Notes under the pieces: model-generated
Database searches by the model: none
What the model saw: the letters and a program-made list of their open reading frames with translations, nothing else
Told to the model about the DNA's origin: nothing
Shown here: in pieces, positions 60,901 to 64,000 of the stretch
How the letters are laid out: each line of letters starts with the position of its first letter
How positions within the stretch are numbered: position 1 is the first letter of the stretch
Origin: a virus
Taxonomy: Duplodnaviria; Heunggongvirae; Uroviricota; Caudoviricetes
Reading direction: 5' to 3' (one strand)
Virus record (IMG/VR): IMGVR_UViG_2757320620_000001
Span: 31,417-95,416 of that record
DNA: 64,000 bases
Program-made: the position numbers and the translations under genes

Positions 60901-61574
60901 CTGCCGTTGTCACGCGTGCCGTCATCACGGGCGGCCGCAACTCCGGCGATACGCTGACCGGCCCCGACACCGTGTTCGATACCGCAGCCGTTCTCGCTGC
61001 CTTCCCGACTGCGGTGATCACCCGCTCCTACCAGTGGCGCCGGCACAAGCCGGCTATCCAGTGGGCGGGCTGGAGCGAGCACCTCGGCTATCAGTGCGAG
61101 TGGATCGCCGGCGCGACCGCGGCGAGCTACACGATCACCGACGCCGAGCAGGGCTGCCTGGTCAGCCGTGTCGATCGTATTCACCTGACCTTCACCGAGG
61201 GCGGCGTGTCGAAGACGGTCACGGCGCTGGCCTATGACGCGACCTATGCCACCTCGGCGCCGATCACCCGCACCGGTGACCTGGCTGTGCCGCTGCCGCT
61301 GATGCCGACCTCGGCGACGGTCTCCGCAGCCGCTGCAGAAGGCGCTCTGGTCGTTGATCTGCCGACCCTGCTGCCGGGCGCGTCGCGCACGCTACTGCAC
61401 CCCAGCCGGGCCTACGACCTCTATACCGGTGGTGCGGTTGCGATCGACGCCAACGGCGATCTGGTGCGTGGCACGGCCGCTCTGACGGCCGGCAGCACGT
61501 TCAGCGTCAAGATCCGACAGAGGCGCGGCATCGACGTGGTCGATACCTCGGTGTCCTTCACGGTCACGGCCTAA
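57957..61574 (+). CDS. tail fiber / tailspike protein with a right-handed parallel beta-helix (pectate-lyase-like) region
   Basis: 1205 aa, rich in Gly/Thr/Ser/Asn/Val. The segment NWTIEDVVLADVGFSPLGGIAENASGFMFYRVNSLTLTRVEFNLVNSDALFSDTNDRVLIQDCKF shows beta-helix repeat features. The antisense 1202 aa ORF 57576..61184 is a shadow. Confidence 0.65.
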   Translation: MTRRTVNELADASPETVATGFMIVADTNGNEYRAPTSVLGGAHIFFTAEDNQTPFVYGRLVSPGHSVVGTPITLTATPILGGTAVVKTATTDDLGDFSYDFTTSLTRGVTYIIEARAALYLTATTVKLIAALAAPVSGVTATSTGKVGDVIAIDNPVFSGNPTAFRFRYLRGTAYVIPGADQQSYMSQADDDGDVITAQVQAINAGGESPWYSANAIGPMTNKTSVLLSSPVIAGPTTLGGRMTVTSPGAASQNAIIKSDEWQIDGAKIPAQKAPATRYMAGAAGTVAPTAFPDGSNHHGVGLSTATYTGSNTYSYSVGISATENDYINVAVGAAGGNEGPQKYDIAIKHLNSNSALRFRMYAAKYRGGVLVEEVQMAKVGVSGATQFSQLAVSTNALSQWTITYDFGEWLAGDILVFRQNVLNTSASSANSYQWDARAGASYATLPIGAVQDLQKTLSVFTTRGDMGGKKVRLARTFTNNNNEIVAYSNEITLEAAAGQTLVPANTTMPAIVARSDRSNTPWQIDLGAWSNQPTGYTVQWVDNGVDIAGATLMSYTPTTAQEGHTITCRVTPSNAIGPGIAQTTAGKVVQPAAIFANVATGNDGNDGLTAETAKQTLAISETIPTGATLIMAGDFGTRLRVGSNRNYEGLGAALTSIGGTNITYAIDQYTDDGSLGRSFVKVSKMTMRSGDRAINARQGSNWTIEDVVLADVGFSPLGGIAENASGFMFYRVNSLTLTRVEFNLVNSDALFSDTNDRVLIQDCKFLPVATVEGDTIQTRADRTVNNAPGPHQKGFILRGTLLDMHSRKTSSGKGCLVTNMQDYAYIHDNVMDGNNFVHGTDEGDNQVFCRNVSRYARKSSYSFGYAIGGYDNQPASHNHQIYDNSWYDMNRALSFTGISVTGYTGEKSGRVDIVAHDETIVKCANGVRVDRPTSGQFRGFVFHNVTKPQDRTLTTLPAGGDIQAFLWQDHFTYNGSVAAPPAVVTRAVITGGRNSGDTLTGPDTVFDTAAVLAAFPTAVITRSYQWRRHKPAIQWAGWSEHLGYQCEWIAGATAASYTITDAEQGCLVSRVDRIHLTFTEGGVSKTVTALAYDATYATSAPITRTGDLAVPLPLMPTSATVSAAAAEGALVVDLPTLLPGASRTLLHPSRAYDLYTGGAVAIDANGDLVRGTAALTAGSTFSVKIRQRRGIDVVDTSVSFTVTA

Positions 61575-61669
61575 CAGACAACAGAGATGGCGCTTAACGG
61601 CGCCATTTCTTTTTCTTGCACGCCCATGGCTCGGGCTCTATTTGATCTCGGAAATAATCAGAGGTCATC

Positions 61670-61963
61670 ATGCGCTATTTCACCACCTTCGCTCTTCTCT
61701 TCCTCACCACGGCACCTGGAGCTCAGGCGCTCACCATCACCGACGAGACGCCAGCCAGGGCCATCACCATCGGCAAGCCAAGTGGCGATCTCAGCCGTCT
61801 GGTCGTGGCGCCAGAGGTGATCTCCATGAAGGAGTGCCGTGATGCGTTGCTCGAGAACGCCGAAGCGCTCAAAGAGAATTCCGTGGCGATGCTTTGCGTG
61901 CCCGCTGACATGACCGAGCCTGGCCGGCCGAGCGGCGATCTGCCCTTCATCGACCTGCAATAG
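61670..61963 (+). CDS. secreted protein (Sec signal peptide)
   Basis: MRYFTTFALLFLTTAPGAQA|LTI. Confidence 0.45.
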   Translation: MRYFTTFALLFLTTAPGAQALTITDETPARAITIGKPSGDLSRLVVAPEVISMKECRDALLENAEALKENSVAMLCVPADMTEPGRPSGDLPFIDLQ

Positions 61964-62029
61964 CCAGATTCTCATCCTACGCTCGCGCTGCTACAGTCAG
62001 ATCATCAAGCAGCAAGAGAAGGACAACCG

Positions 62030-62560
62030 ATGCATAGAGTGGAACGCCGCGTCATGGTGAGCACCTTTGCCCGCCTCGACCCTATCAAAGCTCGCGCTGA
62101 GTGCTGGAATCAGGTGGCGCTCAGCCGCGAGGAGAATTCGAACCTGGTGTTCGTCATGGACGAGGACACCTACCGCGGCCAGGGCGACTACTGGGCGCTT
62201 CAGAGCCACTACACCCCGGATAGCGCCGTTCTTCTCACGGCCGACCGCTATGTGATCCGCAAGGGCACTGAGGAGCGCGTGGTTAAGGATCGCTATCAGG
62301 ATATCTTCGGGCAGCCCAGCGGCGCCGAGAGGCTCACCCACACCTTCGTCAAGTTCGACAACGGCATGACCTTCTACGGCCCGATCGCAGCGGTGCAGGA
62401 GGCCATCACCGTCTACGTGGCGCACAAGGTGGCCGAGGACAGCGGCACGATGATCGTCGACGCCTCAAACGAGCTCGGCACCTTCCTGGTGGAGCTGATG
62501 CGCAAACACCCGCCCAAGCCGATCATCACCATTCCCTCGTTCATCGAACCCAAGCACTGA
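62030..62560 (+). CDS. hypothetical protein (176 aa)
   Basis: ATG with an ACAACCG upstream context. Confidence 0.4.
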   Translation: MHRVERRVMVSTFARLDPIKARAECWNQVALSREENSNLVFVMDEDTYRGQGDYWALQSHYTPDSAVLLTADRYVIRKGTEERVVKDRYQDIFGQPSGAERLTHTFVKFDNGMTFYGPIAAVQEAITVYVAHKVAEDSGTMIVDASNELGTFLVELMRKHPPKPIITIPSFIEPKH

Positions 62561-62569
62561 GGAGACACC

Positions 62570-62848
62570 ATGAAAGTCCAGGAACTGATCGAGCAGCTCA
62601 CTCAGCTGCCTGCAGACGCCGAGGTTGCCTACATCTATGACGGCATGCCCTATGGCCTGGCCGACAACGTCTGGCTGGCTCGTTCCGGCACCGTCATCGT
62701 GGCGAGCACCGATGAAAACGTCTATCGCACCGAGGATCGGCCTGCAGGCGCACCAACGAAAGACGAGGACAGATACTGGCACGCACCCGGCAAGAAGCGC
62801 GACTGGCAGACCTTCGAGCCCTATGGCGAGGAAGACGATAGTCTATGA
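62570..62848 (+). CDS. hypothetical protein (92 aa)
   Basis: GAGGAGACACC RBS. Confidence 0.4.
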   Translation: MKVQELIEQLTQLPADAEVAYIYDGMPYGLADNVWLARSGTVIVASTDENVYRTEDRPAGAPTKDEDRYWHAPGKKRDWQTFEPYGEEDDSL

Positions 62849-63357
62849 CCATCGGCAAAGGCGACCGGTTCGAGTTCAACGCCTATCCCTCGCATCTGAT
62901 CTCCGGGCGCAGCGGCGTGCGCATGATCGGCGTTACCGTGGAATGGAACGACGGCACCAATATTCACTACCGGCGAGACGACAACCCTTCCAAGGTCGAG
63001 CAGACGCCGATCGAGCGGTTCACCGAGGTAGCTAAGCCCCTTCCACGATCAATCACCGAGCAGATCCACAATCCTTTTCGACAGGATTTAATGCGCAGAC
63101 AATTCACAGCGCTCATCAAATCCTACGAAACCAAGAACCCGGATCTGATCCGGCCGGATGGCGCCAGGCACACTGGCAACTCCTGGGCGATACATTTCTG
63201 GTGGGGCTATGATAACTCTCTGCCGCAGCGCTACGACGACCGAGCCTCGAGAGACACCCTTGGATACGCCGCCTTCAAGGCCGGTCGTGCAGTAGCCGAA
63301 TGGGAAGCCAAGCGCCAGGCGCAACCACCCCTCGACAAGATTCCACCCATGCGGTAG
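62845..63357 (+). CDS. hypothetical protein (170 aa)
   Basis: ATGA-coupled. Confidence 0.4.
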   Translation: MTIGKGDRFEFNAYPSHLISGRSGVRMIGVTVEWNDGTNIHYRRDDNPSKVEQTPIERFTEVAKPLPRSITEQIHNPFRQDLMRRQFTALIKSYETKNPDLIRPDGARHTGNSWAIHFWWGYDNSLPQRYDDRASRDTLGYAAFKAGRAVAEWEAKRQAQPPLDKIPPMR

Positions 63358-63380
63358 GTCTAATGTTCCCATGAACGGAA

Positions 63381-63623
63381 GTGGAACAGGCCATGATCAC
63401 CGCACCCAAGCAGCTCGCACCCTACGCCGATCGCGACCTCGACTGCCAGGCCGCCTTAGAGAGCACCTTCAACCAGGTGCTGCTGCTCGCCGAGCAATAC
63501 GGCTGGAGCCGGTCCGAGACCGCCCAGGCACTCCAGGAGCTCGCCTTCAACCGCCTCGCCCAAGAGGAAGAGAACCGGCTAACCACGCTCACCATCGAGC
63601 AGCTGAGCTTCGCCCGGCATTGA
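63381..63623 (+). CDS. hypothetical protein (80 aa)
   Basis: GGAACAGGCC RBS. Confidence 0.35.
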   Translation: MEQAMITAPKQLAPYADRDLDCQAALESTFNQVLLLAEQYGWSRSETAQALQELAFNRLAQEEENRLTTLTIEQLSFARH

Positions 63624-63824
63624 CAACCCCGGTCCTGATGTTGACAGGCAGCCCATTCTGTCAACACAGCCACCCCAAAACTCCTCGCAGACCTACTGTC
63701 CATGTTGACAGCATTCCCACCCATTTTGTCCAATGACCATCTCAACAAGGCTTTGATGTTGACGTAAGTTAACCCTATGTTGACAGCCAAGCCCAATTTC
63801 AGCCTTTTCTCCAAGCCGTCAACA
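63619..63824. repeat. iteron-like cluster: four direct and two inverted copies of ATGTTGAC(A/G)
   Basis: Direct copies at 63637, 63701, 63755 and 63776. Inverted copies GTCAACA at 63659-63665 and GTCAACAT at 63817-63824. A partial TTGACAAC sits at 63619. No ORF overlaps. Confidence 0.55.
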
Positions 63825-64000
63825 TATCTCCCCAAATCAGCAGCAACCTGAAAACTCTCATAGCAGCGCACAGAATCGATCCATCAGCTCAAGAGCAGCG
63901 ACAGAGCAGACAACACGACAAAACGCGTCACAGCGAAAGCTCGACAGCTACAGACAGCACACCAACGCTATAGAGCAGAACGCAGACCACGCAGCGCTTA

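Noticed and set aside
63637-63785. ATGTTGACAG repeats as four stacked sigma-70 promoters
   Set aside because: None has a plausible -10 hexamer 16-18 bp downstream. They were reinterpreted as iteron or binding-site repeats.
1-64000. CRISPR arrays, transposases, integrases, toxin-antitoxin pairs or recognisable anti-CRISPR loci
   Set aside because: No spaced direct-repeat arrays and no DDE, tyrosine or serine recombinase motifs. The only RHH protein is positioned as a repC regulator rather than in a TA pair.

Overview
This 64 kb window reads as one segment of a high-GC (about 60%) tailed-phage genome, probably from an alpha-proteobacterial host (Rhizobium/Agrobacterium-like codon usage). Genes are densely packed, almost all on the + strand, and many are translationally coupled through ATGA or TGATG overlaps.

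I recognise a large early/DNA-metabolism module:
- Replication: ATP-dependent DNA ligase, DnaE-type Pol III alpha, a DnaQ-like proofreading exonuclease, a gp32-like zinc SSB, a FEN/RNase H 5'-3' exonuclease.
- Recombination: a RecA/UvsX recombinase, an SbcD/Mre11 plus SbcC/Rad50 nuclease pair, a RuvC-like resolvase.
- Nucleotide metabolism: class I ribonucleotide reductase large and small subunits with a glutaredoxin, thymidylate synthase, dUTPase, a gp1-like dNMP kinase, an HD-domain 5'-deoxynucleotidase.
- Other recognisable products: an RtcB RNA ligase, a small alarmone (ppGpp) hydrolase, an rIIA-like GHKL ATPase with an rIIB homolog, a CobT-like VWA plus CobS-like AAA+ pair followed by a sigma-70-family protein, an HNH homing endonuclease, an SPFH/band-7 protein with lipoproteins, one tRNA-Cys(GCA), and a roughly 1200 aa beta-helix tail fiber.

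A RepC-like plasmid replication initiator and a ribbon-helix-helix gene sit on the minus strand (1895..3377), with a candidate counter-transcribed antisense RNA upstream of repC.

The features that look new to me:
- A palindromic motif AGTCAA-TA-TTGACT (variant AGTAAA-TA-TTGATTGA) present in more than 20 intergenic copies, some inside roughly 60 bp bipartite modules or inside terminator hairpin loops.
- A C-terminal heptapeptide N/H-P-N/M-F/Y-G-R-F-COOH shared by five otherwise unrelated small proteins and encoded with different codons.
- A 105 nt element with 17 bp perfect inverted arms just upstream of the tRNA.
- Iteron-like ATGTTGACAG repeats followed by a strand-skewed A/C-rich tract at the window end.
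- Several unlisted micro-ORFs.

I see no CRISPR array, integrase or transposase. Most long minus-strand ORFs in the six-frame track are antisense shadows of + strand genes in high-GC DNA.
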